From: the human T2T-CHM13v2.0 reference genome, Homo sapiens
NCBI RefSeq assembly: GCF_009914755.1
Contig: NC_060937.1
DNA length: 64,000 bases
Strand: one strand, 5' to 3'
Below the pieces are notes generated by a model, which made no database searches, was not told where the DNA came from, and worked only from the letters and a program-made list of their open reading frames with translations. Each line of letters opens with the position of its first letter. Within the stretch, counting starts at the first letter, position 1. Shown in pieces: positions 41,117 through 54,620 of the stretch. The position numbers and the translations under genes were made by a program.

Positions 41117-44100
41117 TACAAATACAATTGAAATCATTACCTTCAATGGGTATTCATAAATTTGTGTCTGGTCTCCTAAGAAAGCAAGGTCAGATCCCTG
41201 ATTTCAAATTCCCAGAAAGCTCAGTAATTATACACTCAACACTTGATCAATTAACAGATACTGTTGGAGTATTCCAGGAAGAAAAAAAAATCAAAAGTTG
41301 TGATTTTCCTAAAACATTCCTCACATTCTTTTACCATATGAAAATGAGTTAAACCAAATTAACGTCTGAATTTTTAATGTCAAGACTAGAAAAAGAAACA
41401 AGATGAATGACTCGTTTTGTGAAGTTTTGGATGGTTTATATCCTTAGTATTCTAACTTCAGTAAAAAAAAAAAAAATCATTGCTTTAAAAGTTGGACTGA
41501 GTGGTCAATATGTTTTAAATTTTCGGAGCCTCATTTGTCCTTGCAAGTATATGAGTTAGTACACTTCTCGACTGGTGGATATTTGCATGCTCCTTTTACC
41601 ATACCAACAACAAAGGCATAAATTAAAGAATCAGCCTGAAAACAATAACACAGTGTAATCAGAGGAATGAATAGTGTCTGCTACTCCAAAGTAAAGCTCC
41701 AAACCTCTGTTCTGGAATCTTTATGGGTTCTTGTTTCACGTTATAACTTCTTCTTAAGGAAAGAAACTTGAGTGTAAGTTCTACTTGGCCCAAGGTCATC
41801 TAACCATTTTAGCAGCATCTTCACACTAAGAAAATAATAATGTTATATTTAAGCTGGGGAGAGGAGAATGTACTCTGGAGAGAATTTGCAGGCACCTATA
41901 CAAAGCTTGATTTGTTAAAAATAATTATATTTATTAAATTTCTTGTATTATGAAATTATTTTTATTAAAGTGAGGTATAAGGAAAGACGTTAAATGTTGA
42001 TTCAATTTTTATTTCAAAACTATTAATAACAAGCTTCTTTTATAAGTATAACTTTATACATGTTTCTATGATTTAAGAAGCATATACATTTCTTGTTCAA
42101 AACTTTTTTAATGATGATCTTTTCAAATCTTTCACAGTCACAATATAGTAGAAAGTTTTGCATGTAAAATGATAAAATATTTAACTCCAAATTGTCCTTG
42201 AGGAGAGCAGGAGCTAATGCAGGACTACATCAAGGGACAATCCCGAAGTGACTTTAGTAGTTTGACTTCCATGATTGAAACCTAGAAATGTTGATGGCCA
42301 AAAACCTCCCATATGAGAGTGTTCTTTAGCACTCATGAACTCATTCAACTAAAAGGAGAGAAAGGAGTCATGCTCATGCATGCTAAACTTTAAACTTTAC
42401 TATAAAATGCATGTTATCGGTGTCTTCGATGTGAGCTATCCAAAGAAATACTTCTCTTTGGAGAAAGAGTAGGATGCTACCCATAAATATTTTATCCCCT
42501 ACTTTAGAAGGCACATTTTATTTCAACCTTCCCTCCAATTTATTGTGTTGTTAAAACCTGTTATCAATTAGGAACATTAATTTCCACTCTGAGGAAGAGA
42601 TGGGCAGAGAATTAGAGAACTTCTGCAAGCACTGTGGTGAGGCCCCTTCCCTGCTCTTTGCCATGTCTTCTATTGATCATTCTGGGACCAATGAAATAAG
42701 CAGTACATCACATTGATCAAGGGCTTCTCTAAATGCCCCTTAACATTGCCTTCAGAAAATAGAATCCTTCTCTGATTTAATGGATGTATTGGTGCAGAAA
42801 TTGAACAAATATATTAATTCATAAATTAAAATGATACACATGCCATTTCTATATTTTAACTTTAAAAACATAACTCATCAGTGATAATGTATCTTAATAA
42901 AATATTTCTTGTATATGACTCCCATAATACATCTATTTTCAGTTTGCTACTTATATAAAGTAAAGAGACATTACAGATAACTGGAAAATAATTCTGAATA
43001 TAGAATCCTTCTATACACTTTACTCTCCCACCACTCCTGAGTCTTTTAAAACTCTTTGTCAGAACCACTTTGACAGCGATTTCTTCTTAATGATTTGCCT
43101 AAAGGGAATATCTGCAAAGTATTTCACTTAGTGCATATAGAACAAAATAAATCTATTTTCCCCACACTCATGCATCATTCTTTTGCATATTACTTAACTG
43201 TATAATCAAATACATGCTAAAACTGATACAGTCATGGGAATAATACAACATAATCTTGGTTAGCATACAAACAAAAAAGTAGCCCAAATGTCATGGCTAT
43301 TAAAAAGAATATAAAACATTGGTTAATCTATCACATTGTTACATGAAAGTAAATTTTAAAAGCTTTGACTATCATGCCTTGTCAGCAACTAAGCAATGTG
43401 AGAAAAGTAAATTTTAAAACATCTTCCTAAGTAAACATTTTATTTCTACAAGGGAATTAAAGCCTCCTAAATAAACATTCTTCTTCCTTTCAAATAAATT
43501 TATTTTCAAAAATAATTTCTCCACTATCATGTCTTTATTCAACTCAGTCCTTGCTGTAATGACACTCTCATGTGGCTAAGGAGAGCCTGGATTTTATCCC
43601 CAGCTGTAGCCACTTGAGTCATCCTCTACCGTAATTAGACTCATATCTTCATTTAACATCTGCAAAGTTGGTTAGTCTAACTTCAGTCAGTCTTGTGTGT
43701 CTGCTTTGCTGACGTCGCAGCTGGTCAAGACACATAAGGGCATTTTAGCACCAATATAAGTTCCACAATATTTAGGAAAAAAAAATCAATTCTCTAGAAA
43801 CAAATGCAAACAGCTACTACTTTTTATGATCTAGACACAAATTCCCATAGAAAATAATATTTCTGGTGCAAAATTGAAACACTCAAAAACAATGTTTAAG
43901 GCAACTAGTTATAAGGTATTAAGTCAGAGCCTCACCTAGCTGTCACCTTCATAGCTATTTAAATATGCACATGTACACAGCTTATTCCAGCATATTTGAT
44001 TCCAAGTTAAATTTGGTATTTTGTAATTTTTAAGAGCTCTACAAGTGATTCTTAGACATGCATCTCCTACTGTGAAATGCTTGCCTATGCTTGTCAGCCA

Positions 44101-45699
44101 CCAACTACAGGAGAAAATTGTTTCAGGAAAAGGAGTAAACTAACAAATGTAAACAAAAACAGTAAAAACATTTTTGGATGCATAATCACTACTAGTGCCT
44201 CTTTGTGGCACTATTTAGAATGTAAAATACATGAACAGAAATTTCAATTGATGGAACTCTTCTATCAGTTGATTAATTGGGGTACTGTCTTCTTATTTCC
44301 TGGGAAAGTCAAAGGTTCCCCTTCAGGCTGTGATATCTGAAATATGTTTATTCTTGAGTAATTGTCTGGGTCTTTCTTTCCTTTTTAAAATTAATTAATG
44401 AATATATGTATGTATGTATTTACTGCTATGCTTCCAGTACTTTAATGTTGAATTAAATGGAGATTTTCAATGGTAGAAGATAGACTCCAGCAGTTTTTCT
44501 TTTGTATCCCAGAAGTGGGTCCCACATGTTCTTCCATTTCTTGAAATTAGAAAATGTCCTCGAAAAGACTGTCAAACTAAAATTGTTTTTGTTTAGCTTT
44601 TGTTTTGTCTTTCTTCAGCCTCTATCCTCCAATGTGTGTTCTTTCTCAAACCTCTCAGTTTTTTACTTTTTTTTAACCGTGAAAAGCTTTGACCTCTTAT
44701 ATTGTAATAAAAGGGTCACCTCTCTTTCCGGGCAGTAAAACAACTTGACTGAAATTCTTGTTGTATTCTACTTTCTTCCCTATATTTCTCTTATATCTGT
44801 CAGATGTAAGATAAACTTTTAAAACATTAGCATTATTCCCTCTCGAACATATTAAGGACAAATATTGGATGCTGAATTTAAGCATTTTGGATTTTTTTTT
44901 AATTCACTTTCCTAAGAGACAAAAAGTGTCTTTAAGTTTATCACATTCTTCCTTGTATTGCTGGTGTTTCCTTTTAAAGTACCCAAATTCTGTCTGTTGT
45001 GAACATAACAGACTGAGTCTTCCTACTTTTCACTGCTGTTTTCCTTTAGTTCTGAGCAAAATGATTCCTAGGGTCATGGAATTTTCAACATAGACTGTTT
45101 ACACTCTTCTTAGCCACTGTTTACCACACTTTCATTGATTCTTTTTCCTCCACTCCAATTCAGGAAAATACTACTGTGCTGTAAATATCCCTTCTCTTTA
45201 TTTCTTGTAGTCAACAATAGCACCAGTTTTGAACCTACACTCAGCAGCTCTGAAATACATAACCATGGCCAATGGTTATCTAATCAACAATTCAAATCCA
45301 AATTGAGAGTCTGAGAGAAATTTCCAAAAGGCCATAGGATTTCACCAAAGTTCATCTCATAATGGTTCCTTTTGTGACCTTGGATATTATACTAAAACAG
45401 AATAAAGAGGGAGAAGAGTAGTGATAGCCAATATAATACTGTAAAACACCTGGAATTAAGAATCCAGTGGCCTAAATAAATCAAATAGGCAAACTGTGCT
45501 TTATTGAGTGAGCTCATCATTGCCCATAGAAACCTTATGGTTTTTACAATTTGAAGTCTAAGACAAAACTCTTGAGAGCCCCCAAATGAAGTTCTATACA
45601 CTCTTACAGCAGAACCTGCCTGCATTAAATGTTGCCAACCAGACCTGTGTCAACATGTTGCAGTAGTGTGAATGTTGCATTATAAATATAAGGGATTTG

Positions 45700-45880
45700 G
45701 ATTCATTTATTCATGCATTCACATTTATTTATATACATTTACAAATATTGACTAAAATAAGACTGTCCAAATCATTCTGCTAATCATAAGTAGCTGCTAT
45801 AGTAAAAAATGCTGATAATATAAATTCTATCCTCCGAGACCTAACAGTATAGCAGAGATGATACTTAAGTGGATCACACA
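45700..45880 (-). mobile_element. L2 3' end fragment
   Basis: attcatttattcatgcattcac...acaaatattgac. Confidence 0.55.
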
Positions 45881-46786
45881 AATGATTTTCTAAGGGTTTG
45901 GTAAGCACACAAGGAAAAACACAGAATTCAGATTTTGGACTAACCTAATGAGAGTTCCCAGTTTGTAAACTTTCACATCTACTGAAAATATACCAGACTG
46001 TGACAGTAAGATTTTAAGAATGTTTTGAGTAGCTCTGCTTTTTATAATAGCAGGTGTTAAGTTTATATGGTAGGGTTTAGGTGGCAAAGTAAATTATGCA
46101 GATATCAATTCACTGAATTTTCATGACAGAATACATTTGGGAAAATTTGAAATGAATACTTTGGAGAGCAATATTTAACACAATTCTAAGTCATTACATA
46201 AACACTTGGGAGATCTGAATTAAAATATTTGAATAACAAATTCATTGAAAAAATGTTGAACATTTAGCAAAGCTTAGTGATTTATAGTGTATTTGAACTA
46301 AGGTGTAACTTAATCAAAACACTGTATTTTACATTTAAATCTGTTACCAATAAGGCCCATATAACAAAATGCATTAAAAAATAAAATAAAATGAACTTAT
46401 CCAATTCTATCTAGAAAAGTCGCTTTCCCAAAACTCCAATCTGGTACCTTTATATAACATTAACATACCAAATATCATCTTAATTCAACAAATTACAAAT
46501 GAATATTCAAATGGATATGATAAAATAAAGTGTAACCTTCAGCTCAAACTATCACTCTGTCCAGGTGTCAGGTTGAATATAAACTTTTAAAGCCAGACTT
46601 AGAATTTGACACTAACTTCCTTCAATGTCAAATTACATTGGCCTTAAGAATTTTCAACGACTGAATAATCACACATTGTATTATTTTCTTCTATTACACA
46701 CAAATTATTCCTTCTAGGGACAAAGTTTATTTATTATTGATTTAGTGTGTGCCTATGTTAAATAAAAATTCTTTTTACTCAGCTCT

Positions 46787-46844
46787 TCACGTGCAATGAG
46801 ATTTCCTACTCAAAAATCACTTGCAATGAGATTTCCTACTTAAA
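46787..46844. repeat. 30-bp period tandem duplication
   Basis: tcac(g/t)tgcaatgagatttcctact(c/t)aaa at 46787 and 46817. Confidence 0.9.
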
Positions 46845-46960
46845 CCAGCTAATTTTACAGGTGAATGAACTCTTCTAGTTGGGCTAAATGATACAACCTA
46901 ACAGCGGTGGATTTAGTCCTAGAACCCAAAGTGTCCTACGCCAGCAAAGTCCTTCTGTCT
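46845..46960 (-). mobile_element. MIR fragment
   Basis: attttacaggtgaatgaact...ctagaacccaaag. Confidence 0.5.
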
Positions 46961-47136
46961 CGGAACAAGAGTTTGCAAATCGATAGTTACAGAAAATTTT
47001 TAACCCATATTGTGTATGCATATTGTGCTAAAAGTAAATCCAATGTAAATGAATGTGAATCTGTTTAGTATTTCTGATTTTCCAAGGTTTCTACTACTTC
47101 TGATGTTTGTATAGCAGGTCTAAAATATGATGTGGA

Positions 47137-47580
47137 TGTCAACCTAAATAACAGACAAAGAAAAGCTCTCTAAAAGAAAATGATATTTATTTAGAAGTGG
47201 CTGTTACAATGTGAATATGCATGCCATATTAAACTATATACATACTGAGGGAGGAAAGGGAAGCCAAAGGTTTTTAAAGAAAAAAATGAGGAGGATTTAC
47301 ATAATTGTTTTGAGGTAATTATCCTTGCTACAAAGATCAATAACAAGGGTGGCACCAGTCCAAGTTTAGACAGGCAGTTGCTGAGCAGATGTCCTCACAG
47401 AAGTATCATTTTGTGTATAAAGTTTTGATTGCCCTGGTACAAGGTTGTGGTTTTTACAGTCTTTTGTGATAATTCTTTTTATCAGATGTTCATCTATGAG
47501 AACCTTACCTTATAGCCTCCCCGGGCTCCACTCATTTTTTTTTATCACAAGTGACCATTTTAATTCTTATAACTTTCACA
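47137..47580 (-). mobile_element. MER67-type ERV1 LTR (3' LTR of a truncated provirus)
   Basis: Minus strand begins TGTGAAAGTTATAAGAATTAAAATGGTCACTTGTG (MER67-like) and ends ...GGTTGACA; purine tract immediately upstream on minus strand (47581-47600). Confidence 0.8.
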
Positions 47581-49340
47581 TTTCTTTTTCTTTCTTTCTT
47601 TTTTTTTTTTGGTTAACATTTTTTTTTTCTAAAAGTATCACTGACCAGTTATCCTGTAGTGAGCCTTTGATTGTCCCTTGGTGTGGGGATGGATCTTTCC
47701 CAGGTTGTTGATTTGTTTCATATTGGAGGGCATAATTGGCAAATAAGAGTCAGTGTCACTTTTAGCCACATTTGAGTATTAAGGGACCACTGGAGGAAGT
47801 GGTTCTCAGGTTAGGGCTAGGTCTACCTGGAGTCCATTGTTAAGTTTCATTTTGCCTGTTCCATAGCAGTTGACTTTCATCTTAGGGTTCCAGGTGAGCG
47901 CTATTCTGTTAGGAGTTGTAGTTCTGCAGAAATTTTACAACTAACGTACAAAATTAACACATGCACACACACACACACAAAGTAAAATTAATAGTAATAA
48001 GATCATCTCCATTTACATGATAGTTTTGAGCCATGAACCTAGAATTTAAAACAACAATTTAATAAATCAAATGACATGAGAAATTACGTGAGACCTATTG
48101 TCATTATGTGGCCTGTTTTCTTATTTGTGTATATAGGTCGCAACTTTCCCAGAGGAATTTATTGTGGTACACGATGTAGTATTAGCAATAGCCCAGACAT
48201 TTTCTTATTTAACCAATATGCAGCAATTTTATCATCTAGTATCCCATGACTGGGTTGAATTAAAGCAGAGAGAGAGCAATAGTTGTATTAGGGATGTTGC
48301 CGAAATTACTCATTAGGTGGAATAAAGAATCTCTTAGGTAAGATGCTATAAAGTTACCAGTGGAAGCAATTAGTTTTAAAATTTCAATTATACCATTATT
48401 TTGCCAAGTAAAAAAATGTAGGCAGGAAGACAGATAAGAATCTCATTATGATATGGAATCCTACTCTGCCATCTTAGGAAAAGCTGTCTACAGTGTGAAA
48501 CCATCAACTTCTTGTTTTGGTTTGCATTTTGAATATATCTTGTTATGACAGCAGGCAGTTCAGTGAGCACTCTGTGTGGTCCATGTATCAGGCACAAGAC
48601 TTATTTATTAAAATTCATTCAGCTTATAGGGCTTTAGCACCAGAGTAGTTTCTGTTTTTACTAATTTCACAGAATAAAGTTAGATTGCAGCAACCTAGAA
48701 GAATTCAGGATGTAGTCTACTCTACAGATAGATAATAAAACCTTGAAAACAGTGCACAGTGCTACAGTCTAATAGCAGATGTATTATAGCTTTTCTTTAG
48801 AAAATAGCTTTTCTCTCCATTGATATCTCAATTTCTACCAAAGATAATATGAGTAAAAGAAATTTGTAAAATAAGTTTAGTTTCATCAGTTTTGGTCAGA
48901 TTATTTACATAAGGGCAGCAAGGTAGGTATTAATTACATCAAAATCTCAAATTTAAGAACGTCTTGGAACTAGGATATGAAATAAATGTAGACTTTAGAT
49001 TTTGCCTGCAATACTTATAAACAATTTAAATTATGGCATTTCGGTCAAAACCTTGGTAATATAACCAGTGTGTTCAACTATATCCTGTACTAAAGAGAGC
49101 AGATTCTTATTGAACTTATGCAAAAACTGATATTGCCATAGAAATAAGAATACTCATGAATACATTCTGAATGTTGGAAAGATCAAGTAGGGAGAAGTAA
49201 ATGTTATCACTTTTGTTTAAAAAGTAAACTTTACCAAATTGATGTAAATTATAGATAGCTTAAGACAAAACGTCATAAATCTGGAAAACAAAACATTTAA
49301 CTAAGGATCACAGAATGTTACAAAGAAAAGTTTAAAAACA

Positions 49341-49647
<307 letters not shown>

Positions 49648-51325
49648 TTATATTCAGCAGTTATACAATCTTGTAGAATTAAAATATTTGCTAAATCTTG
49701 ATTCACAATTTTATGTATCCATCAGTTTCTTCATTAGAGTTTTGAAAATTTTTACTTTATCTATTGGTATGTTCTTAAAGTTATCAGAAACGTGTATTAA
49801 AGAGTAATTGTTAGAGGCTTTTCTCTGAATCTAATCATAGATGCTTTCAGAGAAAAATTAAAACAGTAAATGTAGATGACAAAATTTTATGTTAGCCATG
49901 GTTAAAAATCTGATGAGTTCAAAATTGATAAGAAAATACAGTTATTTTTGGCAAACAACATAGTAACTAGAATTATGACTGATGGCATATTAGATCTTTA
50001 AAAATTTTATACAATTTTGTAAAATTAATTCAATAATATATTCATAAATATAACTGAAAGATCTGGCATCACTCATCATTTGATAAAGATTCATGTATAA
50101 TTCAACATCTCAAATAAGTTGTTTTATTTGATAACTCTGTTTTATAACTCTTTTATACAACTGAAAAGTTCCTAGGCTCTGTGAAATGAGTTTGAGATAA
50201 AAAATGACTTAATTTAGAACTTGATCTTGGGAAGCCTGCAAAATGTCAAAAAGTTTAAAACACTTCTCCCAAATAGAATCACATGTCTTTGGGATATAAT
50301 AGTCATTCACTTAACCAGAGTGATGAAGGATTTTTAGAACAATAAAGAAAGTTACATATATGTGAAAACAAACAAACCTTAACCATTTCAAAGCTCATTT
50401 TTTCCTAAGTAATCAAAGAAACCCAATAAGACCAACATGAAACACAGGAAATTATCTTGGAAAGATTAAAAAATCTTTGTTTCTCAGGCTAGTTACCAAA
50501 ATGATAAAAAAAATTTCCTCTACTGTGATTGGTTCTCCTTATAAAAAGCCCATTTAGATAATTTGAAAGTTGAACCTAATGAAGAGGCACTTAAATTTAA
50601 TCAGACTCAAAAAGAATGTATGTCTAAGGTTATGCATGTACAATTTGCCATATTTATTGGGAATGTAAACAAGAAAACTATTACTTTAAGCAGGGGCGTA
50701 GATGATTTTTAGTAAAAGCAAGGAAGATTTTCTGATTACATGGAAGAATTCAAATACAAAAGTAAAAGCCAAGAGTACAAAATCAAGTTATACTGGAGGA
50801 AAACATTGATCTACACTGTAAAGTTGCAGTTCAGATGATGGTGGAAAACCAATTGCATATTAAATCAAAACCTCTTGGCAATTTTATATAAGGAAATATC
50901 AATAATTCAAGAAAACCTTGTTGTTCTAACATAGGGGACCACAATTTTAATTCTGTATCAGTATGTGTGTGTACATATCTCAAAGTTCAATCTTTAGAAA
51001 GACTTATAAATAATTCTCTTTTAATTATAGCTGGCTTGATCAGACACAAATTTCTCTCATAAATTTGTTATTCATTACTTTTCATGATGTACTTACACTT
51101 TTTATGATGTGCTTAGACCTTTAATTTGGTCCTATATTTTCTTTTTTTTTTTTTTTTTAATAACCAGTCATTTTGCTTTTTGAAAAATTTACTCCCTTTT
51201 TTTAAATCATTTTGAAAAATTAAGGTCTTATTTGAAATCTCCTAATCAAAAATACATCTTAATACTTATAACTTTTTTCACATCTTTCCCTTATCTCCTA
51301 TGTACTTCTTTTTTCCTTTTATAAC

Positions 51326-51468
51326 TTTTTTGTTGTTGTTTGTTTGTTTTTAGAGACAGGGTCTTGCTACGTTGCCTAAGCTGGTCTTGAACTCCTGGCC
51401 TCAAGCAATCCTCCTACCTCAGCCTCCCAAAGTGTTGAGAATACAGGTGTGAGCCACTGTATATGGTC
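51326..51468 (-). mobile_element. FLAM_C / free left Alu monomer
   Basis: T-rich tail then agagacagggtcttgctacgttgcc...cctcaagcaatcctcc...gagccactg; single monomer. Confidence 0.88.
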
Positions 51469-51675
51469 CTTGTTTCTTTATATATTTTTTCTATTTCTTT
51501 CCTAAAATTACTCTTTGAAACAACTTTAAATACCATCTGAATTTCGGAAAAAAAATTCCCAAAACACCTACATGTTTATACCTTTGCAATAATTTTTTCT
51601 TCAAAAACACATCTTACTTTTTTGGTAGACTTTGTATACAAAATTTTATCTATTAATTAGAATTTTTAACTGTTA

Positions 51676-51951
<276 letters not shown>

Positions 51952-53906
51952 TCACATATATTCATCTTTAAAATATTAGAAACCTATTTCCCTGTAAGAA
52001 AAATGTTGTGTATTAATAGACCCAAATATATTTAGTCTTCCTATAAAATTTAAGAAAGTGAGAACATATTTATATTTATACATTAGTTTATGTTTTAGTA
52101 TTCTACCTTATTTGAAAATTATCTAGAAGTGTAATGAATATCCATTACTTAACATAAGAAAATATAATTTTAAGAATTCAAATCATATAAAAAGTTTATT
52201 AGTAAAGGTTTTCCCATTTTCATTCACCAAATGTATTGTTAACAACTATAACTATATCACTTGTTAAAACTGAGATATGACACAAAGCTAGTCATCATTC
52301 TAAGTTATTTCTCTGTTAACTATTTTTATAGCTGGGGAATATCAGGTATTCACCTAAGTAAATTCCTTATAGTTATAGAAATTAGTATTTTGCCAAAAAC
52401 TTAGAAGAAACAACTGTTTTCATCAAGCCAAAAATATTAAACTAGTCTTACTTATCAAAGTTACAAAAACAAAGCTTATTCTCTTTTTAGAGTGCAGTTG
52501 TAGTTGTGTTACCTTAAAACAATTAGAAGAGGCAAATGTAATTCTGTGTGAATAGTAAACCCAGGCAAAAACCTACGCTGAGAATTCTGAAAATATTTTT
52601 ATTTTATCAACAAATTTAAAACTAGCTTATTAAAGAAAAGTTTTCTTAAGTCATATGAACTAAAGGCATTTGCTTACTCACTATATATTTTCATAATTTA
52701 TATGAGCACTCACTTATCTAAGCCAATCCGAATAGAATTTCTTAAGGGGTTTCTGGATGATTATGCCAGATACTAACATGTAGACACAACACACAATGTA
52801 ATACATGTACATATGCATAAACACACATAAATACACACACACGCATATATATATACATATGCACACATACAAAGATCTTATACCTTTCATTTTAGAATTT
52901 AGTAAAGTGGCAGTATAACTTACTGATAAAACTTTACCAATTGATAAAAGAAGAGTTAGATCCAAATTTTATTTCTGACAAAATTTTAATTTTAGTTTTA
53001 ATTTTTATTGGAAATTGACAATTCATAATTGTCTATATATTTATGTACAGGAGGCTGTATGTATTTATGGAGTATAAAGTGATGTTATGATTTATGAATA
53101 TAATGTAGAAGAATTGATACGTCACCTCAAATACCTTACATGTCTTATGGTGAGAACATTTTAAATTTAATTAGAATTTTGAAATATACTGTATCAATAG
53201 TATTAGTCATGCTCTGCAATATATCTAAAAAGGAGAATAAAACATATTCCTCCTGTCTAAGATTTTGTACCCTCTAACCATTGCTCCACTCCTAGACTCT
53301 GTAATTACTCTTTCAATCTCAGTTTCTCTTTTCTTAAGGTAAGCATTTATTTCTATAAAGTTAATTCTTAGAATTTTTTCTGCATTTTATACCTTTTGAT
53401 GTGTTGTATTTCTATTTTCATTTGTTTCAAGATATTATTTAATTACCTTGTTGATTTCTTTCTTGATCAATTAGTTGTTCATGAGTGCATTGCTTATTTT
53501 CCACATATTTGTGAATTTTCCCATTTCTCTTCTGTTATTTATGGCTAGTTTTATACAATTATTTATGAAAAAATACTTACTATGATTTTAATACTTTTAA
53601 GTATGTTGAGACTTGTTTTCTTTTTCCTAACACATAATCTATCCTGGAGAATGTCCTGTGTGTGCTTGAAAACAATGTGTAATGTGCTGCTGGTGGATGG
53701 AATAGTCTGTATGTGTTTGTTAGGTATATTTGGTCTATAGTTATTCATTTCTACAGATTTCTTATTGACGTCTTGTCTAAATGATTTATCCTTTGTTTAA
53801 TATGGGATATTAAAGTCTTCTACTATTGTATTGCTATTTATCTTTTCAGTTTTGATTTATCTTTTTAGTTCACTTTATATATTCAGGTGCTTTAATTTTG
53901 GTGACA

Positions 53907-54186
53907 TATCTATCTCCCTATCTATCTAGTATCTATCTATCCATCTATCTATCTATCGATCGATCTATCTATCTATAGATGTATGCCTCATGGTAACAAA
54001 GAAGTATGTTATAAAGTTATCTATAGATAGATATGTCTGTCTCTAATATATCTGTATCTATATATATATATATCAATGTAGATAGTTTTGGTGGCATAGA
54101 TATATAGATATCTACCTATGGATATGTATCTATAGGTATCTATATCTCTATGTATCTATATCTAGACAGATAGATAGATAGCTATC
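53907..54186. repeat. Compound (TCTA)n/(TA)n/(TAGA)n simple repeat
   Basis: Directly visible; units occur in both orientations. Confidence 0.9.
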
Positions 54187-54189
54187 TTC

Positions 54190-54620
54190 TCTTTTAGTCC
54201 ATTTCCTGGTGCTTATACCTGAATGCCTCAACATGGGTAATTCATACAGAAAAAATGAATTTATTTTTTACAGTTATTGAAGCAGAGAAATCAAGGGGGC
54301 CACACCTGGTAAGAGCCTTCTCTCTGGTGGAGACTGTAAAAACTCTGAAGGTGGTGCAGTATATTGCATGATGGAGGGGCTGAATATGTGTTAGCTCAGA
54401 TCTTTCTTCCTCCTCTTATAAAGCCACCTGTTCTCTTCCATGATAACCCATTAATCCATCAACACATTAACCCATTAATGAATGAACGAATAAATCTATT
54501 CATGAGGGCAAAGGTTTCATAATCCAATCAATATTTAAAGATCTCACATCTCAATATTAACACATTGGAGATTAAATTTCAATGTGATTTTTGAAGGGAA
54601 TGAATATTCCAATGATATAA
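54190..54620 (-). mobile_element. MSTC-like MaLR solo LTR inside L1
   Basis: ttagtccatttc...gaggggctgaatatgtgttagctcagatctttcttcctcctcttataaagccacc...attaaatttcaatgtgatttttg. Confidence 0.85.
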
